Part shown: positions 27,251 through 36,430 of the stretch, piece by piece | How the letters are laid out: the number at the start of each line of letters is the position of its first letter | How positions within the stretch are numbered: the first letter of the stretch is position 1 | Virus record (IMG/VR): IMGVR_UViG_3300047476_000982 | Location: 1-64,000 of that record | Strand: one strand, 5' to 3' | Origin: a virus | Length of the DNA: 64,000 nt | Program-made: the position numbers and the translations under genes | Notes under the pieces: model-generated | What the model was told of the DNA's origin: nothing | The model's input: the letters and a program-made list of their open reading frames with translations, nothing else | The model's database searches: none

Positions 27251-29653
27251 TTATTCTAGTCCTACAAACATAGATGCAGAAGTAAACCAAATAGATCCTG
27301 CTTGTGTTGTTCCTGTAGGATCAAATGATTGAGTAGCTATCTGAACTATGCTTTGACTAACTGTTAAAACTGGTTGTTGTGTATTAAAATTACGAACTAT
27401 AAATAAATTACTATATATGTCCGTATCTCCTGAGCTAGATATATTAAAGTACTGAGTAAATCCTGAGTTAATTAAAAATAAACTTTCAGGAGTTACATTA
27501 ACACTAGCTGATATGCTTCCCGTAGCTATTCTAAATAAATTATTTATATTACTAGAATCTACATAAGATGCAGTAAATGCATAGCTAGAAGTAGCAACAA
27601 ACATTGATCCTGTTTGATTACTTAATACTACTAAACTATCATTTACTTGAAAACTACCTGTTACAGAAGCAGATCCTGTGAATTGATGTGTATTGCTTAA
27701 TTCACTACCAAATATAGTTGATCCAGTTATATATTCAGTACTAGATGTAATTACTTGGGCTACAATTGTTTGAGCAGTTAAAGTACCTCTAACTAAAAAG
27801 TCATCCGCAGATGAAGCCGTTAATGCAAATGATGAAGTTTTTATACTATCAAAACCATATGGCCCAAATACATTTGAAGATGATACAAGAGAAGCAGTAG
27901 CTACAGTAGTTTGAGTGGGAGCCCAAGAAGCAGAAACTGCCCAACTAGATGTTCCAAATAATGATCCTGTAAATGATCCAGAAAATCCAATATTAGTACT
28001 ACCAGAAACTGCTACAAAATTTCCTGCTTGTTCTTTTAATTGTATGTTTCCTAAATATATTGTAGAGCCTGATAAATAAAGATCTTTCCATCTATTACTA
28101 CTAGAACCTAAATTAAACGTATCTGTTGTTCCTGGAATAATATCTCCGCTACTAGTTGTAGGTCCTATTATTGATACACTTCCTGAAATAATTGCGGATC
28201 CTGTTACACTTAATAAACTTGATATATAACTTCTTACTCCATAATAATTAGAAATACGTCTAGTTATATCTCCAACATTATAAAGTGCATCAGCAACTGG
28301 TATTAAATGTCCGGCTCCTAAAGAATTATACGTACCACTAAGTATCCATCTACTAACATTACTTGTATTAAAATACATCTCTCCACCAGGTCCAGATGCA
28401 TCAAGTATCATACCTCTACTTCCACCACCATCACCTGATGTTTGTAACACAGTTGAGTATGGGCTACCTCCTGCTAAAATTGATAGTTTTTGATATCCAG
28501 CATCACCTGGATTATTTACAACAAATATATCTATTTGACCACCTGATCCAGCTGGATTTTTTAAATTTTGTACGTGTAAAGTATTTGTTCTTGAACTACC
28601 GCTTACATCAAGAGAATATGAACCAGTTGTAGTAGTTCCTATTAAAACACGTTGAGCAAAGTAATTACTAATACTAGTTTCCGATTGGTATATACCCCAT
28701 CTACCAGTTGGTATTACTATGCTTCCCATATTCACATAAGCTGCATTACCGCTACCGCCTATTGCAGCCATTGCAATACCTCCTCTATTAGTTCCTGTAT
28801 AGTTAGCTATTCTTATAGCTCTATAAGTACCTATAGTTCCAGTAAGATTACCTCTTTCTAAATAAATTAAATCAGCTTCATCTGTTGTTGTTCCTGTACC
28901 AAAAAATGCCGCTAAATTAAAACATCTTAAATTTTGAAGACTTCCTCCTCCTAATAAATTATTAAATACACTTAATTGAAATGCTCTTGCTACAAGTTGA
29001 TTTGTTGCAGATGACGCACTTATATTGTAAGTAACTTGCATCCCAATATCTGCTGTATCTGTGGCATTTGATTGAGTTTGTAAATGTGATACAATAAATG
29101 TTGATCCTGTTGACTTAGTAGAATTTACAGTAAGACTATAAAAGCTAGAAGTAATAGTTCTATTGCCTGTTAAAGTACCATCAGAATTATAAATGTTTGG
29201 AGCATAAGATGAGCTACTAGCATTAATTGCCCAACTAGCTGTTCCTTCTAAAGATCCAGTAAATCCTTGAGTAGATACAATTGATCCAGTTATTTGAAAA
29301 GTAGAACTACCAGTATCGTAAAAAAGATTAGCGGAAGCAGACGCATTATTAGTACTACCATCAGAAAGTAATACCCTTCCTTGCAAAGCATCTGCTATTG
29401 TATTAAAACCTGTTCCTGAGGTCCCAGACGAGCCAGAGGATCCATTAACTCCAGAAGTACCATTTGCACCAGATGTACCAGAAGATCCGTTTGTCCCTGC
29501 TGTACCCCCTCCGCCTCCTGATCCATAGTAAAAATTCCCTTGTTCGTCTACAACAACTACTCTAGTAGCTAAATTATTTTCATTTAGATTAACTTTTAGA
29601 GTATTAAACCTGGCATTACCATCTTGTTTAGGTGCTTCTATACGAACTCCCAT
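27251..29653 (-). CDS. Tail fibre-like protein with a short Gly-Ser-Ser block
   Basis: 800 aa; GTSGANGTSG block, TGFNTI cap module and NTHQFTGS module shared with the giant fibre. Confidence 0.65.
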   Translation of the reverse strand: MGVRIEAPKQDGNARFNTLKVNLNENNLATRVVVVDEQGNFYYGSGGGGGTAGTNGSSGTSGANGTSGVNGSSGSSGTSGTGFNTIADALQGRVLLSDGSTNNASASANLFYDTGSSTFQITGSIVSTQGFTGSLEGTASWAINASSSSYAPNIYNSDGTLTGNRTITSSFYSLTVNSTKSTGSTFIVSHLQTQSNATDTADIGMQVTYNISASSATNQLVARAFQLSVFNNLLGGGSLQNLRCFNLAAFFGTGTTTDEADLIYLERGNLTGTIGTYRAIRIANYTGTNRGGIAMAAIGGSGNAAYVNMGSIVIPTGRWGIYQSETSISNYFAQRVLIGTTTTGSYSLDVSGSSRTNTLHVQNLKNPAGSGGQIDIFVVNNPGDAGYQKLSILAGGSPYSTVLQTSGDGGGSRGMILDASGPGGEMYFNTSNVSRWILSGTYNSLGAGHLIPVADALYNVGDITRRISNYYGVRSYISSLLSVTGSAIISGSVSIIGPTTSSGDIIPGTTDTFNLGSSSNRWKDLYLSGSTIYLGNIQLKEQAGNFVAVSGSTNIGFSGSFTGSLFGTSSWAVSASWAPTQTTVATASLVSSSNVFGPYGFDSIKTSSFALTASSADDFLVRGTLTAQTIVAQVITSSTEYITGSTIFGSELSNTHQFTGSASVTGSFQVNDSLVVLSNQTGSMFVATSSYAFTASYVDSSNINNLFRIATGSISASVNVTPESLFLINSGFTQYFNISSSGDTDIYSNLFIVRNFNTQQPVLTVSQSIVQIATQSFDPTGTTQAGSIWFTSASMFVGLE

Positions 29654-29670
29654 TTCGGACTATCTTTCTA

Positions 29671-29678
29671 ATACATAT
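29671..29678 (-). promoter_or_regulatory. ATATGTAT, a one-mismatch variant of the motif
   Basis: ~18 nt upstream of the ATG at 29653. Confidence 0.4.
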
Positions 29679-29697
29679 TTGGGATTTATGAATTATA

Positions 29698-31779
29698 CTA
29701 AGAAAGATGTTTCTTAATGGCTTTTATTACTTCTTCTCCTGATATTGTTTTACTGCATTCAAATTGTCTTTGAGTTCCTTTATGTTTTGGACACCAATTC
29801 CAATCTCCTGGATCTAATTGATGTGTATTAAAGCATCCTCTACAAAATCCATCTTTTGTATATATTCTAATGGCGTCTTCAAATTCAGTTATAGGATCAG
29901 AGAATCCAGATATAATACATGTTTTTGTTCCTAGTGCCCAACTAAGCCAACTTAATCCACTACTAATACCAATAAACATTTTTGATTTTTGTAATATTTC
30001 AATAGTAGATTCAATACTTGTATCAGAAAGATATTCAACTCCTTTAGGATTAGAATTGCCCATATATCCATCTTCTTCTTTTGATAAAATTATAACTCTA
30101 TATCCTTTAGATTTTAGATGATCAACTACTTTTTGCCATCCAGTTTTATTATTCCAATATTTAGCTTGAGCTGTACTATGTACTGCTATTGATATGATCT
30201 TTTCTTTCTTTATATTTTTATCAACTGTTATTCTAGGTCTAAGTTCTTTATATTCTAAACCTAAAATATCTGTTGCTGTTTGTTGTAGCGGTATATTTTT
30301 AAAGTCTCTAGGATTTTTATTATGATCAATAGTTCCATTTTGATTATAGAACCATCCTATAGTATACATTGCATAAAGATTATTTACAGGTTCTCCTGGT
30401 TTAGCAAACTCAAATTGTGGATATTCTTTTTCAAAAAAATGATTCCAAAATGTTGATGTTATTATTTTACAATTATGCTTTTTTTGAAACTCTTCTATAT
30501 AAGGAAACCATGCTAGAGTATCACCTAGTGATTTAGAGTCTAATGCAATATAGACTCTTTTATCTTTTAAGTCTAAATTATATTCATATTCATGAATTCC
30601 ATCTAATGCTTTTATTTTCCAATCAACAAAACTTTGCTTGCTAGCTTTAATCCAACAGTTAGAAGATATTTTGCCAGAGTGTAAAACTTGATTTGTTTTA
30701 TTATCTGTAAAAGATACATCATAATCTAATTTTTTTCCTCCTACAATTTCAAAGAATGCACCTTGAATAAAATTAATATTAAATTGAGGAATAGGTTCTT
30801 TTGGTGGGATAGCTAATATTTGTGTACTTTCATAACCTTGTATAAGTTGATCTTTCATAGTATTGGAATATTTTTTTACTAGCTCTTTTGTTCTATTCAT
30901 CCACGATAATTCAGATGCGGTTGTTTTAGCTAATTTAGAATATCTAAGGTATTTTATTGGACTTATTAATTTAGATATAATTTCTGCTATTTGATCTGCA
31001 TTTCTTTCTACTTTAATTAATCCTTTTAATTCATTATTGTCTTCATAAGTTCCTACTACAGGAAGTCCTGATGCCATTGCTTCAAGTAGAGTTAAATTAG
31101 GATGTCCAGCCTCTAATATTGAAGCATGAACAAATATGCTATGTTCTTTATATAAGTCTTTTAATTCGTCTTCAGTTAAATCATAAAGAATAGTAAGTTT
31201 TTTATAATCAGAAGGAAACTTTTCAAAATAGTTTTTATTATTACTAGGCCCAGCTATAGTAATAGGAAGGTCTAATTGTTTAGCGGCTTCAATTGCATAA
31301 CTAAAGCCTTTTCTATCTTCAGATTGATCATGGATAAATCCATTATTAGCTACGCATAAAAGTTTATGCTCTTTAATTCCTGATGGTATAAAGTATTCAG
31401 TATTTACTCCATGTGAAAAGTATTCAGGAATTCCTTCAAAGTAGTCTACTAAAAATTTAGCTGGTACAAATGACTTTTGGGCATTCTTTATAGCCTGTAA
31501 GTTTTCTTTATATACACTAGAATCTTTACCATATAGATAAGCATGGTGATCATGCATAGTGAAATAATATGGAATGCCTCTCTCATGCGCCAGGTTTGCT
31601 AGATTAGCCACGTGTATGTGAACTATATCATAATCATTTACCTCGTCCAGATATGAAATCCTGGCATCGTGGCCTAGTTTTAAAAGACAATTATGTGTCT
31701 CCCATATAATCTTTTCTACAGCACCCCAACCATTAGGTGGGATAGGAATTAAACCTGGAGTGACATTAATTATTTTCAT
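29698..31779 (-). CDS. Two-domain glycosyltransferase: N-terminal GT4 plus C-terminal Aah/TibC (BAHT)-like protein O-glycosyltransferase
   Basis: GT4: PIPPNGWGAVE and E.GHPNLTLLEAMASGLPVV. C-terminal half: SLGDTLAWFPY, FIGISSGLSWLSWA, ISGFS and the Cys cluster CRGC-x13-C-x11-C (WCPKHKGTQRQFEC). Confidence 0.85.
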   Translation of the reverse strand: MKIINVTPGLIPIPPNGWGAVEKIIWETHNCLLKLGHDARISYLDEVNDYDIVHIHVANLANLAHERGIPYYFTMHDHHAYLYGKDSSVYKENLQAIKNAQKSFVPAKFLVDYFEGIPEYFSHGVNTEYFIPSGIKEHKLLCVANNGFIHDQSEDRKGFSYAIEAAKQLDLPITIAGPSNNKNYFEKFPSDYKKLTILYDLTEDELKDLYKEHSIFVHASILEAGHPNLTLLEAMASGLPVVGTYEDNNELKGLIKVERNADQIAEIISKLISPIKYLRYSKLAKTTASELSWMNRTKELVKKYSNTMKDQLIQGYESTQILAIPPKEPIPQFNINFIQGAFFEIVGGKKLDYDVSFTDNKTNQVLHSGKISSNCWIKASKQSFVDWKIKALDGIHEYEYNLDLKDKRVYIALDSKSLGDTLAWFPYIEEFQKKHNCKIITSTFWNHFFEKEYPQFEFAKPGEPVNNLYAMYTIGWFYNQNGTIDHNKNPRDFKNIPLQQTATDILGLEYKELRPRITVDKNIKKEKIISIAVHSTAQAKYWNNKTGWQKVVDHLKSKGYRVIILSKEEDGYMGNSNPKGVEYLSDTSIESTIEILQKSKMFIGISSGLSWLSWALGTKTCIISGFSDPITEFEDAIRIYTKDGFCRGCFNTHQLDPGDWNWCPKHKGTQRQFECSKTISGEEVIKAIKKHLS

Positions 31780-34700
31780 CTAAGAACAAAAATATTATTT
31801 AGTGATTCTATATTATTTTTATTCACTATATAAGATTTAGAATTTTTATCATTCATACTAATTTCTATTTCAATATCTTCACTATCTAAATCAAATATTT
31901 TATAATCATGAGAATTATCTCCTAATACTTTTTGATAAAAAGTTTCTTTTTTGCCATTTTTATTTATAGTAATTTTTGATATATTTTCTTTACTAGAACT
32001 ACAATTCCATGTAACTATTGCAAATAAGTTATTATTTACTTCTGCGTTTCTTTCGTCTTCATATTTTTTATTATCAGAAACTTTAAATACAGAAGAGAAA
32101 AATCCGTCTATTATAGAATCAGATTCTGCAGGCGAAGTTACTGAATTCCAATACGTTTTTGGAAACTCTCTTTCTAAATCTTCAGGGGTTTTAACTATTA
32201 TATCTTCTAAACCTTTCTTTTTTATAATTCTAAGTAAAAAGTCTTCGACTAATATAAAGTCATTATGCTTACTATTTAAATAAAATTTAGTATTTATATA
32301 ATCTTTTTCTGTATTAATTTTTGGCATTATTTTTGTAAAATAATCTAAATCAAAATACCACAATTGGAAAGACAAATACTTTTCTTCATTCACATAAATA
32401 AATCCTTTTTTATTTTTCTCTTCAGTTTCAATAATTAAATTATTTATGTTTTCTATGTTTTTTATTATAGAATCATATTCTATTCTAATAAATTTTGTAT
32501 ATCCTAAAGACTTAGCTAAATTAGTAGTATGATATAAATTAGAAAGTACAGATAGTCCATGTTTTTGAGATGCTTTATTTGAAAAGCAAAAATATTTTTC
32601 GGCATCACCATACCATAATCCAATTAAATCATTTGTATTATATTCTTTTTCAAATAATCTATTATTTTTATCGTACACTAAATAATCAATACTATCTATT
32701 ATAGATTTATCAAAATCACTATTAGTAACTACCATAATAGGTAATCCTAATTTTTTAATATTTAAAATAGATTCTTTAAAAGTAGAAAGGCAATGATCAT
32801 TATGAAAAAAAGCATCTATAATTACTATAGGATTTTGTTTCGCTTTTCTTTTTGCATATATAGTACCTATTACAGAATCTTCATATCTGTGTTTTATACT
32901 ATCATTATTTAATGAGTTTTGATCTCTTATTTGATCTATTTCAAATCCTTTTGAAGATAATTTATTTACTAATTTAGAAACTTTCTTATTTTGATTATCA
33001 TGAAACTCTATTAAAAAGCCATCTATAACATCAAATACTTCATCTTCTAATTCTTCAATAATTTCATATTCGGCTCCTTCAATATCCATTTTAACTAAAG
33101 ATACTCTATCAATATTATTCTGTTTAATAAATGTTTTTAAAGATATTGCTGGAACTACTATTTCTTCTAATGAATTTGAATGTATTTCTAAATGCTCTTT
33201 AGAAAGACTTCCTATAGTAGTATTTGTAGGATCTATATAAAATTTAAGATCTTCATCTTTAGTATAAACTGCTTTATCTAGTATTTCTATATCTAAATTT
33301 TGAGTAACACTTTTTAAGTTAATTAAAGAATCTTGATTTGGTTCAAATGCATAAATCTTTTTAACTCCTTTATTTGCACATAAAAGAGAAAATAATCCAC
33401 TATTAGCTCCAATATCAAAAACTGTATCTAAATTATCTAATTCATAACAGTCGTATTTTTTAGATAAAAACATTTCATTGTAATTATTAAATAGACAATC
33501 AAATGGATTATTTAAATTTAATGCGACATCTTTTTTTACAGTTTCTTTTATAAATAAATCTTTAGAATATAAAAGTTCATTTTCTAAATTATAAAATTCA
33601 ATTACTAAAGTACCAACGACTGGATCTCTTACGAAGTCTAAAGATTGCACAGGAATTGGTACTATCCACCACGCAGAGCCATTAACAAACTCAGCATTAA
33701 ACCAATACATTGGTGCATTAGAATCTTTTTCTTTTATTGATACTTTATATTTACTAGGCTCGTGTTTTTTATATGTAATATGAATTTTATTCTCTGATGG
33801 ATTTATTGATATATCAAATATTTCGTCTATTTTATTTTCTTGCATTCCTAATTTATTTAATATCAATTTTATATTTTGTTCTTTATTATTAAAATCTAGA
33901 TAATTTATATTACTAAATTTATTAAAATAATTTAAATAAACATCTAGATTAAAAATAAGTGATGGTGTTTTCCAACTAATAGCCTCTCTAATTACCAGAG
34001 GCATTGTTTCTTTATCAGTGGCATGGCCTCTAGAAGTAAATAAAAATAGATCAGCCATTTCAAAAAAAGTATCTACATCATCTCGTTCTCCCCACCATTT
34101 ACAATTACTAGGAAATTCTTTCATTAAAGGTTGCCAATAATCTTGAAAATTATCTGCTTGATTTCCTATAAAGTGAAATTGAATAGGATAGTCTTTAAGC
34201 ATTCTAGCATACTCAATAACTTCTGCTTGATTCTTTCTAGGAGTAAATAATCCTACGTTTATAACATGTTTTTTATTAGGATCTAAACCTAATTTATTTA
34301 ATAATTCTTGTCTAGTATAAGTTTTAGTTTTATATTCTATGGGATATTCTACTAATTGTATTGGAATATTTAATGGTTTATAAGTCTCTACTTGATATTG
34401 ACTTACCATCATAAATTTGTCTGGAAAGTATATTTTTCTATTTATGTCAAAACTTGAATCGTGAGATGTTTCAATTATTTTATATGTTCTATTTATTGAA
34501 TAAAATTTATCTGCAATATCACTAGGCATAAACATTTCAGGGATTTCTTGAAGGTGTATTATGTCTGGATTATATTCTTCAATCAATTTAAATAAATGGT
34601 GTTTATCTTGATCTAGTGTTACTAATCTTTTACCTAAAATATTTTTAATTTTATTTCTTTGAACTACAAGATTACCTCCTGTAATGTCATCCCACTCTAA

Positions 34701-34802
34701 ACAATATATAGAATGTTTTTTATGTAAAGCCTCTATTTGTTTATAAAGATATTGAGGCATTCCACCTGTAGAAAGGTGAGGAGCAATAAAAAATATCGTC
34801 AT
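31776..34802 (-). CDS. Multidomain protein: GT4 glycosyltransferase + FkbM-family methyltransferase + uncharacterised C-terminal domain
   Basis: PHLSTGGMPQY, NVGLFTPRKNQ and DLFLFTS..E..PLVIREA (GT4); FDIGANSG, YAFEPN and VKMDIEGAE (FkbM); ATGA overlap with the next gene. Confidence 0.85.
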   Translation of the reverse strand: MTIFFIAPHLSTGGMPQYLYKQIEALHKKHSIYCLEWDDITGGNLVVQRNKIKNILGKRLVTLDQDKHHLFKLIEEYNPDIIHLQEIPEMFMPSDIADKFYSINRTYKIIETSHDSSFDINRKIYFPDKFMMVSQYQVETYKPLNIPIQLVEYPIEYKTKTYTRQELLNKLGLDPNKKHVINVGLFTPRKNQAEVIEYARMLKDYPIQFHFIGNQADNFQDYWQPLMKEFPSNCKWWGERDDVDTFFEMADLFLFTSRGHATDKETMPLVIREAISWKTPSLIFNLDVYLNYFNKFSNINYLDFNNKEQNIKLILNKLGMQENKIDEIFDISINPSENKIHITYKKHEPSKYKVSIKEKDSNAPMYWFNAEFVNGSAWWIVPIPVQSLDFVRDPVVGTLVIEFYNLENELLYSKDLFIKETVKKDVALNLNNPFDCLFNNYNEMFLSKKYDCYELDNLDTVFDIGANSGLFSLLCANKGVKKIYAFEPNQDSLINLKSVTQNLDIEILDKAVYTKDEDLKFYIDPTNTTIGSLSKEHLEIHSNSLEEIVVPAISLKTFIKQNNIDRVSLVKMDIEGAEYEIIEELEDEVFDVIDGFLIEFHDNQNKKVSKLVNKLSSKGFEIDQIRDQNSLNNDSIKHRYEDSVIGTIYAKRKAKQNPIVIIDAFFHNDHCLSTFKESILNIKKLGLPIMVVTNSDFDKSIIDSIDYLVYDKNNRLFEKEYNTNDLIGLWYGDAEKYFCFSNKASQKHGLSVLSNLYHTTNLAKSLGYTKFIRIEYDSIIKNIENINNLIIETEEKNKKGFIYVNEEKYLSFQLWYFDLDYFTKIMPKINTEKDYINTKFYLNSKHNDFILVEDFLLRIIKKKGLEDIIVKTPEDLEREFPKTYWNSVTSPAESDSIIDGFFSSVFKVSDNKKYEDERNAEVNNNLFAIVTWNCSSSKENISKITINKNGKKETFYQKVLGDNSHDYKIFDLDSEDIEIEISMNDKNSKSYIVNKNNIESLNNIFVLR

Positions 34803-34845
34803 AACTAAATATAACTAAAAAATTTAAATAATAAAATTTATCTTA

Positions 34846-35121
34846 TTAGTAACCATTATTATCTAACCAATCTTGTAGTGGTTGTCTATCTCCATTATAT
34901 AATTCTCTTCTAAGATCGTGTTCTATATGTTGTTCAGGAGTTGGTACTTCTCCATTTGTCAACAATTCACCGTGTCTTTGTCCTTTAATAAATTGAATTA
35001 TATTTTCAAAACATCTAACATAATAAAGAAAATTCATATACTCAAAAGTAACAATCTTAGTAGATTCTTCTCCTGTTAATTCTGTTTTAATGTAAATAAA
35101 ATCATTAGTACTATAACTCAT
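34846..35121 (-). CDS. Hypothetical protein
   Basis: 91-aa ORF in operon spacing. Confidence 0.55.
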   Translation of the reverse strand: MSYSTNDFIYIKTELTGEESTKIVTFEYMNFLYYVRCFENIIQFIKGQRHGELLTNGEVPTPEQHIEHDLRRELYNGDRQPLQDWLDNNGY

Positions 35122-35133
35122 ATTAAATTATTT

Positions 35134-36429
35134 TTAAACTATAAAAGCGCCTTCTACAGGTGTAGGTCTAGATCTTTTTATATCTCCAAAAGCTAAATAA
35201 CCATGCCATTCATTTTCAGGACCACCTGCATCGATTTCAACTACTGTTGTAAAGTTATTAAATCCCCAAGCATTCAAATCAAATCTAGCTTGAACACCAC
35301 CAGCAGTACTAGGAAATGCTAATAGGTTATTATATTCTATTACTGTATCTATTTCTGAGGATGCTGTAAGATCCTCATCTAATACTGACATAGTTTGTCT
35401 TGATGCTGTACCTGTAGCCGTTCCAAAACCCATCCTATCCTGTGTTGATGCTGTACCAGCTGCACTTTGAGTTTTCATTGCTCCCATTATACAAATACCT
35501 CTTAAATAAAATGGAAGTCCTGTAACAGCTGCTGTACGGCCAGCATCTTGTCTTATAGTATAAGAACCTACTTGCCAACCTCCACCTTTTATTGCCATAT
35601 AAATGCTTCTTCTATTTGTAGTAGCTCTATTAGTCCAGTTTAATGTAAATTGGTCTGTACCAAAAGATTGTAATACTGCTCTAGCATCTGGGTTACCTCC
35701 TGCTACTACAATCATTGCTAAACAATCTCCTGCTCTAGCATAACCATCAGTATCCATAGTTGCTGAAGCATCGTCTGCATTACCTAGAACAACGATATTA
35801 TTTGCTGCTGCTGTTCCTGTTGTAAATCCAACAAATAGTCCAGAGTCATTAGCTTGTCCTGTGCCTACTGCTGCTGTTGATTGCACTCCAGCTAACATCA
35901 CTACTTGATCATTTACTATATTAGTAGACGTAAATCCTGTAGCTGTATAGTTTTGATTGCCAGTAGCTGCTGGTTCCGCTATATCTCCTATTGTTACGTC
36001 TTGTATATCATCACCACCCCAAACTTCATAAAATATTGTTAAATTAGCAGGTGTAGCATCATCTACTATTAAAGTAAATCCATCAGCATCAAAACTACTT
36101 ATATCAAGTTTTCCATCAATAGCACCTGCTCCAGTAACAGTTACAACAACACAATCACTTGCTGCTACTGATCCACAATCAGAATCTGCTACGTTATCTG
36201 CACTGAATGTGCCTACGCATCTTCTAGTTGTTGCTGATGAAGCAAATCCGATTCCTCTTCTTTCTGATACGGCTTGTGACGCAGCATTAGTTGGAGAGTT
36301 AGATTGTAAACCTACCCAATAAAATCTTATTGCACGAGGAGGAAAACCTAATCCTGAAATAACTTTAGTAGAATTAAGCGCATCAGAAGTTAACCATTGA
36401 ATAGAACCAAACCGGAATAACGCCGCCAT
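35134..36429 (-). CDS. Virion-associated protein with three internal ~140-aa repeats
   Basis: Three TG..F...-type unit starts and three (S/A)(F/W)...FT...Y.. unit ends; starts 1 nt after the upstream fibre stop. Confidence 0.6.
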   Translation of the reverse strand: MAALFRFGSIQWLTSDALNSTKVISGLGFPPRAIRFYWVGLQSNSPTNAASQAVSERRGIGFASSATTRRCVGTFSADNVADSDCGSVAASDCVVVTVTGAGAIDGKLDISSFDADGFTLIVDDATPANLTIFYEVWGGDDIQDVTIGDIAEPAATGNQNYTATGFTSTNIVNDQVVMLAGVQSTAAVGTGQANDSGLFVGFTTGTAAANNIVVLGNADDASATMDTDGYARAGDCLAMIVVAGGNPDARAVLQSFGTDQFTLNWTNRATTNRRSIYMAIKGGGWQVGSYTIRQDAGRTAAVTGLPFYLRGICIMGAMKTQSAAGTASTQDRMGFGTATGTASRQTMSVLDEDLTASSEIDTVIEYNNLLAFPSTAGGVQARFDLNAWGFNNFTTVVEIDAGGPENEWHGYLAFGDIKRSRPTPVEGAFIV

Positions 36430-36430
36430 A

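Noticed and set aside
29698-34802. Glycosyltransferases as DNA-modifying (T4-style hmC glucosylation) enzymes
   Set aside because: Not excluded, but disfavoured: no nucleotide-modification genes nearby, the location is within fibre genes, and the BAHT-type domain is known from protein glycosylation
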